Of a DNA stretch of 64,000 nucleotides, positions 39,254 through 50,446 are shown in pieces; position 1 is the stretch's first letter; each line of letters opens with the position of its first letter. The notes under the pieces are model-generated. The model had not been told where the DNA came from and ran no database searches. It was given only the letters and a program-made list of their open reading frames with translations. The DNA comes from Octopus vulgaris (taxonomy: Eukaryota): contig OX597839.1 in assembly GCA_951406725.2 (NCBI GenBank), forward strand, positions 2,418,001-2,482,000. Direction: 5' to 3'. The position numbers and the translations under genes were made by a program.

Positions 39254-42200
39254 TGTATGTTTATATATATATATGTATGTGTGTGTGTATATATATATAG
39301 ACAGGTGCCAGTAGTCTGTTGGGAATGAAGGCAAGGATTTGATTCTAGACTTGCACAACTCATGTTTCTTTTGCATTCCTATGATCCTATTCTGTTCATG
39401 TGAAGTGGCACCTCTGTTGGTGCAGCTCCTCCAGGCAGGGCAGACTCGTGCTTGCATTTTCCACACAACAACACACACAAACACATGTAGCACTACATTC
39501 AATGTGATGGAATTTGATTGTAATCTCCCTCTCTCTCTCTCTCTCTTTCCATTCCTTTCTCTTCCTTTGTGAAATCAAGATGCAACCACTCGTACAGACA
39601 GCAGCTGATAATTTGGACAAAACCTGCAACAATTTTGCAAAAACAGGGGAAGACGTGGATGTGAACCGGTGAGTACTGGCATTTGGTGACCTATCTTCTT
39701 TTTGTTGTTGTTGTTGTTATTACTGTTGCTCTTACTGCTGCTTCCTGCCTCCAGCTCAACTCGGTTAATGTCCAACTGCCATTTAAGCGATGTAATTTTT
39801 CATATGTGATGTAGCTGTGTTTCAAAATTTGACATGTGCATATTAATTTCCATTATGTCGTTTATATTGTATCAAAATTTCATGCATTTAGTGAAAGCCA
39901 TTAGTGACTTTTGGGACACCCTGTAGGTATAAAAGGATGATGATGATGATTTTTCTCACTGGTGATGTTGTGCACATGACATGAAGTCCTCTATGACTGG
40001 CAAGGGTGATTATGACTCATTAAAAACAAGTAGTAATGGTGATGATGACAGTGACAATGATGAAGCTGATGATGACAGCCGTGGTGACGTTGATGATGAT
40101 AAAGATGATGAGGATGATGATGATCATGATGCTAAAGATGATGACAGGTGTGATGACAGTGTTGATGATGGTGATGATGATGATGATCACAACTATGATG
40201 ATAACAAGAATAATAATGAAGATATTGATGATGATACTAAAGATGATGACAACTATGAGTATGATGATATTGATAATGATGATGTTGATGACCATTATGG
40301 TGATGACGAGGAAGACAATGTTGATGGTAATGATGACAGACAATGATAGTTATGATGATGATGCTGATGATGACAACCCACATTACACATTTTATTTTTT
40401 CTCATTTCCATTCCAGTCTGTTTGGTTGCTTTACCATGGATGTTATTGCTACAACAGCTTTTGGTGTAGAAGTTAACTCACAGAAGAATCCAGACAATCC
40501 ATTTGTCAAGAATGCCACATACTTGGTCCGCAGAAATCGATTTGCATCGGTCTTTGTCATTGCTTGTTAGTTGACCCTTTGTTTGTCTTTTTACGTTTCC
40601 TTTATATTTTACTGTTGTTTTTTAATCCAATGTAATCTATAATATAAATTGAACATGGGCGATCGTTGTATTCTTTCTTGTCTTGAGGTTCACAGCCAAA
40701 CGGCTGGGTGGATTCGTGTGAAAAATGGCACACATGTGGAGATGGGTGCATAGATTGGAATGCGGTTTGTATTTTTTTCCTAACCCCCATACTTACCGAG
40801 AAAACCGATTAAAACTTTTTCTAATGGAATTTCCCTGTTTGTTTCGCCATTAAAACAACCAGTTGCTCACACAGCCAGCATATACCATTTCGCTAGCAAC
40901 AAGGGGAGTACAGGATGACAGTCAGCCAAAACTTTCTCTATGCTGTCTCTCTTCTTTCACTTCTTTGTAGGGTTAATAATCTTAATCTTTAGTTACAGTT
41001 TCTCAGGCGAACTACATAGTAGGCAGAATTGTTGGATTAAGACAGTAGGGTGTTTTGAGAGGGATTTGGCAGCTATTTCTACCAGGTCTAACTACCATGT
41101 AGAGGTCTGAACTTAATTTTCATTCACATATTTGCATTTCAAAAATTTAACATAATTTTTTCCGTAAATCAACAATCCTAAAAAATTTATAACATGACCT
41201 TTTCTATGTTCATAATTAAATCAATATTTTAATGATTAGACAGAGGCCCAATAGAATAGTTCTCAGAAACAGATTACATAACAAATTCATTCTTCACAAA
41301 TCCTGAAGCTGTTTTCTGACAGGGAGCAGGGAGTCAGGAAATTTTCATACATCTGGAGGCTCCAGTCAAAACAGGGGACCCAAAATGATAAGGTCGAGAA
41401 ACGGTGTTATAGATTATGCCTAACTGAAAACAATCACAGCCACATCATCCAAACAGACCGGGTGAAACCAGGCTTTGCTGTTAGTTTATATATATAATAT
41501 AAAAGTGAGTATGCGTGTATGTTTATGGATGTATATATATCTATGCATATATATGTGGATGTATATGTATGATGATGATAATATATATATGGCTGTGTGG
41601 TAACCAGCTTGCTTCCCAACAACATGGTACTGGGTTCAGTCCCAGTGTTTGGCACTTTGGGTAAATGTCTTCTACTATAGTCTCAGTCTGACATAATCCT
41701 TGTGAGTGGATTCGGTAGACAGAAACTGAAAGAAGCTTGTTGTATATATGTGTGTGTGTGTAGATATATATATATGTGTGTATATGTATATATATATATA
41801 TATATATATACAGTTTAAGTAATTGAGATTCAAGTGAATTCTAATGAATTCACATGAATATGGTCCTTAACTAGGATGCACCGGAAATCTATATGGTGTT
41901 AACCATACGACAAGTGGGGTGATTACAAATAGGAAAAAAGCAACAAGAATGGATTAAAATCTCGGTACAATTGTTTCATACGAGGACATCTTTAATAAGC
42001 TACAAGAAAGGCAGTAAATACAGATGGCTCATACTCGTCAGCTGAAAAAACATCAGAGAATTCCCAAACATCAAAAGGGGTAGATACAAATGAGGGTGTA
42101 AGATTAACTGCATTGAAGAAAGTTCGATTCCTGGAGATCCGATGAAAGGTCTTAAACTTACAGAATTTGTGCATGTCTATATATAGCTCATATTGAATTG

Positions 42201-43141
42201 CTAATCAAGTTATGTTATGTGAAGAAATTTCGGATGCAGTCATGCAAAATTTCTGAAAATCCGAGTAAGAAGCAAAGTGACTGTCATATCATGTAGAGGA
42301 ACAAATTTCAATAACAATTTGTTCCTCTACATGATATGACTGTCACTTTGCTTCTTTTGCAAAATGCTTTCCAGTATTTTGTCTGTAGTTACGTTCTGAG
42401 TTCAAATTCCGCCGAGGTCGACTTTGCCTTTCATCCTTTCGGGGTCGTTAAATTAAGTACCAGTTACGCACTGGGGTCGATATAATCGACTTAACCCGTT
42501 TGTCTATCCTTGTTTGTCCCCTCTGTGTTTAGCCCCTTGTGGGTAGTAAAGAAATATATATATATATATATATATACATACACACGTCCAGACCCCGCAT
42601 ATGCACTTATACTCTCTCACACACACACACACACACACACCTATACATACCAATACGTACTAATACATACTAATACATACTAATACATACACCAACCCCA
42701 TACATACGCACGTCCAGACCAATCTTACGCACTAATACTCTCTCATACACACACACACACACACACACACCCTTATACATACTAATACATACACCAACCC
42801 TATACATACACACATCCAGACCCCTCCCACGCACTTTTAGCTGGTCCCTCAACCCTTTTATCAACCCTATTATCTCCCCTTATTTCGCTCTCGCGTCTCA
42901 TGTTTGATCTTTGACCTCTGGCCGAAATCAGATCGCCATGTTGATTCGTTAGCTACTGCACGCATTTTTTTCTCTCCTTCTTTCTGTGTTTTTCTCTCTC
43001 TGTGTATCTTTCTGTTGAAGAGCGTAGGCTCGAAACGTTAAAGACTTGTTTTATTTATATTTCCTGAGCGCCATACTAATACAATTGTTCGTTTGTTTTC
43101 CACCTGCCTCCGTCTTTTGTTTATTTTCATAAAGCTTCCCG

Positions 43142-43175
<34 letters not shown>

Positions 43176-44077
43176 TATATAAATTAGAGAAAAAACACTT
43201 TTATGCAATTCAAACAATGATAGACATAAACCAAATCATAAATAAAAAATAAAATATATTTTTATAAAACATAACTAGATCACAAAAAGTATAAAACCAT
43301 AAAAACAATCATGATAAACATTCTTATATGCATAGATTAAAACTAAAGAGAAGTTTATTTTACAAAATTTTACTTTTAAAAATTTACGTTTTTACAGTAA
43401 AAGTTTTGGGTACAAAATGTTTGAACTCAAAATTGCAATACTTCTAAAAGTTGTTTCATGAACTAAAGAACGGAATATATTCTAGAAGCTTGAAGAGATA
43501 GACTGAAAGAAACTTGAAATTTCAATGTAAGTCGAACAAAGTAAATTATAGGAATGGAGTCAAAATAATAACACTGTTATAATTTAATGTAATGCTATGA
43601 AGAGTTGTGCTGCTGTGAAAGAAATTTACTATCAAAACATACGACTACTACACATTGTAATCCTCTCATAATCATACAAATATCATGTATTTCAACTTTT
43701 GTTTTCAAATACACTTGAGCAGTAAATATGAAGTATGTTTACTAACTTCCGTTTTGTTATTCTTGAAAATACATCCTTATTACTGTACAATTTGTATATA
43801 ACAGAGTATTACTAAATTATAATAGCAAAAACATCTGATGGCCACTTGACTCAAGTTCTCTTACAATGGGAGTAACTATAAACTATTATTATATTGATGG
43901 GTCTTTAATTCACTTTGAGTTAAGCAACTGTTTGACTCATCTGACTTCGACGACGCAATGAGATTTTACTTTGTAAAAATAATCTAGAACTTGACTGAGG
44001 AAAGAAAACTCCGAATGATCCATCTTTGTTTTCTTTGTATCGTCTATCTGGATGTTTTGCATTCTTGTCCCATTTTG

Positions 44078-44116
<39 letters not shown>

Positions 44117-44283
44117 CTCGTGAATTTCATCACACACAACATGGACCAAATTTCTTCTTAAGAAAAAATATATATTCAAATAAGTAAAACATGATATCAT
44201 GAATAGCAATAGCGAAACCGGTAGATATATTAAAAATTATATTAAAACTATGTAAGTGTGCGTATTTTCCTTTTTTAATTTCT

Positions 44284-44328
<45 letters not shown>

Positions 44329-44625
44329 CTAATGCCAAATATGCCGAAAAAAAGACAAAACTTTTCAATAACCATTATGATTTATGCGTCTCGAAACAAA
44401 ACTGTAATAACAAATTTTTTAGAGATTTCTATCGGTTTGTTTCGAGACACATAAATTATAATGGTTATTGAAAAGTTTTGTCTTTTTTTCGGCATATTTG
44501 GCATTAGAATTTTTCTTTTGCCCTTATCTTGTAAATTATTTATAAATTTAACCTTTAAAGGTATTTTTTGATATGTTGGCCATTGATAAAATTTTTTTCC
44601 CGAGAAAAATTTTATCCTACATTAG

Positions 44626-44683
<58 letters not shown>

Positions 44684-45000
44684 GTCAATGTAATATGTGA
44701 CAATTATTTGGTAGCCATGATAAAACTCTGAGTTTTAGATGTGAGGGTGGAAATCCACACCACCATCTCTTCAGTTATTTGGCCATCGGAAAAATTGCTA
44801 TGGCGTCATTTTCGTAGCATTTTTTCCGATGGCTGGATAACTGAAGAGATGGTGACGTGCATTTCCACCAGGACATCTGAAACTCGGAGCTTTATCATGG
44901 CTACTGAATAATTGTCACATATTACATTCACAGATAAATTCCTCTATTTACATAATATCGAGGTCTCTTTCATTCTTTTGTTGTCTTACCATTTCTATCA

Positions 45001-45033
<33 letters not shown>

Positions 45034-46746
45034 TGCTTATATATACATGCACACACACATATAAATACACACGTAGGCACACACATGCACACACACACAT
45101 ACTGTCAGTTAAACACTTCATTCTTTTGTATCTTTGTAGTTCTTTCACGCAAGTTTTTCAAGTTCCTGTTATTCACAAAAGTGCTTGCAACTCGATCAGG
45201 AAAATTCTTTTATGATTTATGCAAGAAAATCTTGGCAGATCGGAAACAAGGTAATGGCCAGGTAAAGTTCAGTGTTTTGTTTTTTATAAATTGAACATTT
45301 TTTACTTCATGCCTTAAGTTGTCTTATTTGAGAAGACACACACACAGCAAACATCATCATTTGCATTATTTACATTTGACGGATATTTGTCCTCATCTTG
45401 TTTGTTGTTAACACAATGTTTCGGCTGATATACCCTCCAGCCTTCTTCAGGTGTCTTGGGGAAATTTCGAACCTGGGTTCTCCTTCCTAAGGTATTTTTC
45501 GATGTTGTTATTATTATTGTTCAGGTCACTGCTTGGAATCGAACTTGGAATCTTGGGGTTAGTAGCCCGTACACTTAACCTCTACACCATATACCTGTGG
45601 GCATTATTACTAATGATTCTAATAATAACATTAAAAAAATACTTTAGGAATGAGAACCCAGGTTTGAAATTTCCCCAAGACACCTGAAGAAGGCTGGAGG
45701 GTATAACAGCCGAAATGTGTTAACAACAAACAAAATGAGGACAAATATCCGTTGAATGTTAATAATGTACATAATTCCTCATCTCTTAAATATAGAACTG
45801 AAACATCATCATTGATTAACGTCCAGCTTCCATGCTTGCATGGGTGAGATGATTTGACAGGAACTGGCCAAGCATAAGCCTGCACCAGACTTCTGTGACT
45901 GTTTTGGCAGGATTTTTACAGCTGAATGCTGTAAAAAAAGAAAAGACAGACAGGAAGAGAATGAATGACTCCAGTAAAGGACTAACATTTTATATTATAT
46001 GGATTATAATTTTTCCCCTTATTCATTTTTCTCTTATTAAATTTTCTGTTTAATAGTTCAGGAAAGATCTTCTGCAAATGATGATTGATCAACAAAATGG
46101 TTTTACCGAAGAACAACCTGAAAAGAATGCAAAGAATGGTGACGTGAAGAATGGCGATATAATGAATGGTGATGCAACAAATGATGATGTTCCGATACCT
46201 ACAAAGTTAGTTAAGAGAAGTAAGTATAACTCTGTTGTTTTGAAAAAGAAAAGTTTTAAGAAGTCCATATGTTGTTGGTACATGGTAGAGAAGAAAAGAA
46301 GCCCAGTATAAATAGAGTATATTTATGTAGAGGTTATTTAAATAAAGGTGAACTGGAAGGAAAGGGTAGTGATGTCAATGGCCCAGGGGCCCCATTAGAA
46401 GAGAAAGAGGGAGCATCGAAGTGAGGGAAGTAGGACCAGCATGGTCCCCTTTGACCTCGAGGCAGTTGTGGTGAATGGATGCAAGGGCAAGGCAGGGCTT
46501 TAGCAGTAGCTACTAGCAATAGGTGAGACAGGTACGGCATGTCTTGGATTCAACACAGCTGGACAGCTGACACTAAGAGGTAGGTGAACTATATTTTGTC
46601 CTTCTCATTACAGTTTCCTCAAACTACAATGAGTAGATGTCTTCTGCTATAGCTCTGGGCCTATATATACTTTGTGAGTGGATTTGGGAGATGGAAACTG
46701 TGTGGAAGCCCATTGTGCATGTTTATGTTATATGTGTGTTTTTGTG

Positions 46747-46790
<44 letters not shown>

Positions 46791-47636
46791 AATTTATATA
46801 AATAAGGATAAAATCGTTAATTTAAATTAAATAATGATTTTATCAAGTGGCCAGCATGGAATTTAAAACCTTCAAAGGTGATAATTATTAAAATTATAAC
46901 TCTACTGATTGGGTAATAATCAAAATCTTGAAATGTATTTTACAAATTTTGATTTTTAAAAGAAAATTATTTTCTCATTTTTATATTTTCTTTTGTTAGA
47001 ATTAACCGATGAAGAAATCATTGCCCAGAGCACCATTTTCTTTTTGGCTGGCTATGAAACAACAGCAACCACTTTGTCTTTTATGGCCTACCTTTTAGCC
47101 TTACACCAAGACATCCAAGATAAAGTGTATCAGGAGATCCAATCAGTCATTGGAAAGGTCAGTAACCCTTCCAGCCCCCTTTTATCGTTCAACTGTTTTT
47201 AGTACCAACCCTTTGATGCCTGCTGATTTTAAAACACAAAACCTTTCATTTTAAAATGTTCTTATTTAATTAGCACATCCATTTTGATTTTTATGTAAGA
47301 ATATTTCTAACTCAGTCAGATAGCAAATGCAGTAAGCTAGCACAAAATGAGTATAAACATAATAATGACTTTGTTGGTAAAAGAGAGCATAGGGATGTTA
47401 AACAAGTGTGTGGATTCAATGTAACAGAAAAGTGGTATGAACACACACCAGAAGGTATGAAAGAGAATAAAAAATTAGGATTTTATGGGATTTCCATAGA
47501 AATTATATCATCTGTAAAGTCCAGGTTTGTAACAGTTTACTGCTGATACTCTCTGCAGGTTTTGCAGACACAATATCTTCAATCAACAACCTCACGATAT
47601 TGTATACTGTGCGAGATATATAATAATAATAATAAC

Positions 47637-47667
<31 letters not shown>

Positions 47668-50446
47668 GATGATGATGATGTTGAACTCTTTCTTTTCTCC
47701 TTATGTATTTTGCAGGAAGCACCTGATTACAATAGCGTTCAAAAGTTAACTTACCTCAGTCAGTGCCTTTCAGAAACACTAAGATTATATCCCATAGCAA
47801 GCAGGTATTATTTAATATGTCTACATTATAATTGTATTTATACTGTCTGTATGTCTGTCTATTTATCTCTCTCTCCATGTCTCTTTCTCTTTCTCTCTCC
47901 GTATACACACACACACACACATATATATAATCAAAATAAGCAACAAGGATATCCAGAGGTAATGCAGTACGATCATTTCATACAACACCATTTAATTGAA
48001 CAATGCAAATATTACATCAATTTTAAAATGTAGAGCAATCTTCAGCTGCATAAAAATATAGAATTTAATAGGGTATTAAGAGCACCATCCTGAGTGTGAT
48101 CGTTGCCAGAGCAGCTATCTTGCCTCCATGTTGGTAGCACATAAAAGACACCATTCGAGTGTGATCGTTACCAGCATTGCCTTACTGGCACCTGTGCCGG
48201 TGGCATGTGTAAAAAATTCAAGCGAAGTCGTTGCCAGTACAGCCTGACTGGCCCCCATGCTGGTGGCACGTAAAAGCACCCACTACACTCTCGGAGTGGT
48301 TGGCGTTAGGAAGAGCATCCAGCTGTAGAAACTGATGCCAGATCAAGATTGAAGCCTGGTGCAGCCATCTGGTTCGCCAGCCCTCGGTCAAATCGTCCAA
48401 CTCATGCTAGCATGGAAAGCGAACTTAAACGATGATGATGATTATAGCTAATATCATCACAAATTTCATTACAAATATTATGATAAAGATTATTTCTAAT
48501 GTTATTATCATGAAGATCATTCAGTAAGTTAATCATGAAAACAGGTATGACACCAACATGACCATATCAGCACAGTCTTCTCTCTTGCATAATATATCGG
48601 ATGCCTTGTATTCCCAGTTTTCCTCTCAAATCACTTGTACTCTGTCATATATGCACACTGACATTACACATTCAGTGATAAATAAATTTGATATTTGTTT
48701 GATTTAGAATGTGTTGACCAAGGTGACCATCCCTAGTTCATAAAAATCAGCAATTCAGTAATCTGGATAGGCTTTGGAACCAAAGGCTCCAGAAGGTCGA
48801 TTGTTGTACTTGCTTTATGGTAAAGATTATTACAAACACATGGTACACCCTGGTGATCAGAGATTGCAAGGGAGATAATCTTTTGTAGATCAAACAATTG
48901 GAGTAAAAGTTTGAATTTTAAATCCAAAAACCAACGAAGGGGATGCAAAGAATAAATAGAATATACATACCTCTTATCTTTTACTTGTTTCAGTCATTGG
49001 ACTACAGCCATGCTGGGGCACTGCCTTGAAGGGTTTCAGTTGAGTGAATCAACCCCAGTACTTATTTTTTAAAGCCTGGTACTTATTCTATTGGTCTCTT
49101 TCCCTGACCTGCTAAGTTGATGGAAGAACAAGCAGGTATATTAGTTTGACACTTGGGGAAAAATGGCAAAGTCTTTGATGTTTTGGGCTTATGCTCTTTG
49201 ACAGAAAGGGATAAGAGAAAAGAAAATGGACAGAGAAAAAGAAAACGCTTGTGTTGTCCCCTGCCACCACTTGACAATCAGTGTTAGTGTGTTGATGTCC
49301 CAGTAACTTTGCAGTTCATCAAAAGCAGACAGATAAAATAAGTACCAGGCTTAAAGCAAAAAAATACTGGAATTGATTTGATTGAATCAAATGGAAGTTG
49401 ATTCATGTTGGCACCTCAACTTCAAGGCAGTGCCCCATCATTGCCATAGTCTAATTCCTGAAACAAGTAAGATGTAAAACTTTTTTGTATTTTGCAGTAT
49501 TCTGAGAAAAAGTAAGAAGCAAATCACCATAAAAAATTGGACAATTCCTGCAAATATCAGCATTAACATTCCAATCCATGCTCTGCACCATAATCCGAAA
49601 TATTGGCCTAATCCTGAAAAATTTGATCCTGACAGGTAAATTACCGTTGTCTCCTTACATAAGTGTTTGTGTGTATGATGATATATATGTATGATTTTTT
49701 TTTCTTTCACTCTCTTGAATTTCTTTTTACAGATTTTCAGAGGAGGCCCAGAAGACACATACCAAGTTTGCATACTTGCCCTTTGGCGCTGGACCCAGGA
49801 TTTGCATTGGCATGAGGTTGGCCCAGATGGAAGTCAAATTTGCAATGACCGAGATTCTCACCAAATATAAATTTGTGCCGTCTGAGAAAACTGAGGTAAT
49901 TAAAATAATTAATTAATTGATTAAATCAATTAAATAATCTGCTACAGTTGCTACTACTGCTGTTTGCTACCACTCCCACCAGTAATACTATTACTATTAC
50001 CACCACCATCACCACTACCACTACTACCAACACCACCCCCATAACCTCCACCACCATTACTACTACAACTGCTATTAATACCACCACCACCACTACTACT
50101 ACTACCATCATTACTACTACTTCTATTACTTCTACTACTAGTACTACTACTACTACTATTACTACTACTACCACCACCACTACCACCACTACTACTACTT
50201 TTACTACCACCACCACCACCACTACTACTACTGCTTCTACTACCACCACCACCACTACTACTACTTCTACTATCACCACCACTACTACTAATTCTACTAC
50301 CACTACCACCACCACTACTACTACTACTACAGCTACTACTGTCTTTTACCCTGTTTCTTTGTTACTTTCAGAACCCAATTATCCTTAACAAGCAGCCTCT
50401 TCTCTCTGCAAAGAATGGAATCTGGCTTAAACTTGAGAGACGTTGA
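21821..50446 (+). CDS. Cytochrome P450 clan 3 (CYP3A/TBXAS1-like), 14 exons, 1587 nt CDS = 528 aa
   Basis: Exons 21821-21897, 32099-32195, 34869-34921, 37534-37630, 38701-38817, 39580-39668, 40417-40565, 45140-45261, 46057-46219, 47000-47157, 47716-47804, 49498-49635, 49733-49895, 50372-50446. All introns are GT-AG and phase-compatible. Motifs: N-terminal TM anchor, [34 protein letters not shown]. Confidence 0.93.
22043..22333. mobile_element. MITE (Merlin-like, TSD GGGCAGTT) containing a nested 93-bp MITE (22104-22196, TSD CACTGGTA)
   Basis: Outer TIR GGATCTTTTCACTTTGACCGGCAGATTTTTAAAA; inner TIR GGATCTTTTCATTT; both have perfect 8-bp TSDs. Confidence 0.85.
23203..23428. mobile_element. Mariner-like MITE, degraded
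   Basis: Inverted ends GAGGGTGCTGAAAAGTT / AACTTTTCAGCAACCCCTCGTA. Confidence 0.55.
28623..29002. repeat. 32-bp minisatellite, about 12 near-perfect copies
   Basis: Unit TCAATTAATATCATTAATTCAAAACAATTAAT; one visible variant at about 28905. Confidence 0.95.
30930..31015 (-). mobile_element. piggyBac transposase C-terminal cysteine-rich relic
   Basis: [20 protein letters not shown]. Confidence 0.55.
32099..32195 (+). CDS. CYP copy 1 exon 2 ([32 protein letters not shown])
   Basis: TAG acceptor, proline-rich PGPKP hinge, AAG|GTCAGT donor. Confidence 0.9.
32762..33080 (-). mobile_element. RTE-clade LINE endonuclease fragment
   Basis: [22 protein letters not shown]...[11 protein letters not shown]. 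Confidence 0.75.
34869..34921 (+). CDS. CYP copy 1 exon 3 ([18 protein letters not shown])
   Basis: poly-T CAG acceptor, KYG motif, GG|GTAAGA donor, 53 nt. Confidence 0.9.
35110..35590. repeat. Degenerate CTACCATTCC-based minisatellite
   Basis: Recurrent TACCATT every 14-18 nt or so. Confidence 0.8.
37534..37630 (+). CDS. CYP copy 1 exon 4 ([32 protein letters not shown])
   Basis: CYP3-typical DPEM...VKxFxNFTNR; GTAAGT donor. Confidence 0.92.
38701..38817 (+). CDS. CYP copy 1 exon 5 (C-helix [19 protein letters not shown])
   Basis: WxxxR motif; CAG acceptor, GT donor. Confidence 0.92.
39580..39668 (+). CDS. CYP copy 1 exon 6 ([29 protein letters not shown])
   Basis: AAG acceptor after a pyrimidine tract, CG|GTGAGT donor, 89 nt, phase fits both neighbours. 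Confidence 0.85.
40030..40375. repeat. Degenerate (GAT)n microsatellite in CYP intron 6
   Basis: Directly visible. Confidence 0.9.
40417..40565 (+). CDS. CYP copy 1 exon 7 ([30 protein letters not shown])
   Basis: CYP3-typical FTMDVIAxxAFG motif; 149 nt. Confidence 0.92.
41962..42045 (-). ncRNA. Minimal type I hammerhead ribozyme motif
   Basis: Minus strand UCAG-CUGACGA-GUAUGAG...CUCGUAU-GAAAC-AAUU-GUA|CCGA; palindromic stem III ACAAUUGU. Confidence 0.7.
43007..43044 (+). ncRNA. Minimal hammerhead-like motif with variant core (CUGUUGA)
   Basis: UCUUU-CUGUUGA-A-GAGC-GUAG-GCUC-GAAAC-GUU|AAAGA; stems I and II perfect, palindrome AACGUU. Confidence 0.55.
44680..44935. mobile_element. Foldback element next to (TA)n with a hammerhead motif in each arm (44719-44779 minus, 44836-44896 plus)
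   Basis: Inverted arms of about 120 bp. Plus arm GAUAA-CUGAAGA-GAUG...CAUC-U-GAAAC-UCGGA-GCU-UUAUC; the mirror arm has the same layout. Confidence 0.7.
45140..45261 (+). CDS. CYP copy 1 exon 8 (F-G region, ...[19 protein letters not shown])
   Basis: TAG acceptor, CAG|GTAAAG donor, phase fits. Confidence 0.8.
45371..45759. mobile_element. Foldback element with a hammerhead motif in each arm (45410-45455 minus, 45679-45721 plus)
   Basis: Inverted arms of about 130 bp. ACAC-CUGAAGA-A-GGCUG...CAGCC-GAAA-(CA/UG, probably decayed CG)...GUGU. Confidence 0.7.
46057..46219 (+). CDS. CYP copy 1 exon 9 ([10 protein letters not shown] + expanded H-I loop)
   Basis: DLLQMM motif; A|GTAAGT donor. Confidence 0.85.
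47000..47157 (+). CDS. CYP copy 1 exon 10 (I helix AGYETT)
   Basis: [27 protein letters not shown]. Confidence 0.95.
47716..47804 (+). CDS. CYP copy 1 exon 11 (K helix ETLRLYP)
   Basis: ExxR motif; CAG acceptor, AG|GTATTA donor. Confidence 0.93.
48090..48440 (+). mobile_element. Dispersed retroposon with a (GAT)n tail; copies at 2960-3180, 23750-23980, 33760-34200, 62850-63065
   Basis: Shared GGAGTGGTTGGCRTTAGGAAG(G/A)GCATCCAGC core and (GAT)n 3' end. Confidence 0.7.
49498..49635 (+). CDS. CYP copy 1 exon 12 ([22 protein letters not shown])
   Basis: Meander region; CAG acceptor, AG|GTAAAT donor. Confidence 0.93.
49733..49895 (+). CDS. CYP copy 1 exon 13 (heme-binding [10 protein letters not shown])
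   Basis: FxxGxRxCxG motif; 163 nt. Confidence 0.95.
49950..50340. repeat. Degenerate (ACT/ACC)n microsatellite filling CYP intron 13
   Basis: Directly visible. Confidence 0.9.
50372..50446 (+). CDS. CYP copy 1 exon 14 ([24 protein letters not shown])
   Basis: CAG acceptor, typical clan-3 C-terminus xKNGIWLK, TGA stop. Confidence 0.9.
   Translation, partial: NPIILNKQPLLSAKNGIWLKLERR

Noticed and set aside
39981-40476. Asp-rich and Met-rich ORFs
   Set aside because: Translations of a (GAT)n microsatellite inside CYP intron 6.
43988-44025. CTGAGGA...CGAAT motif (related sequence at 9410-9447 and 26660-26700)
   Set aside because: Lacks GAAA and a convincing stem II/III, so it was not counted as a hammerhead.
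49926-50388. Mucin-like poly-Thr and poly-Val ORFs
   Set aside because: (ACT/ACC)n microsatellite inside CYP intron 13.
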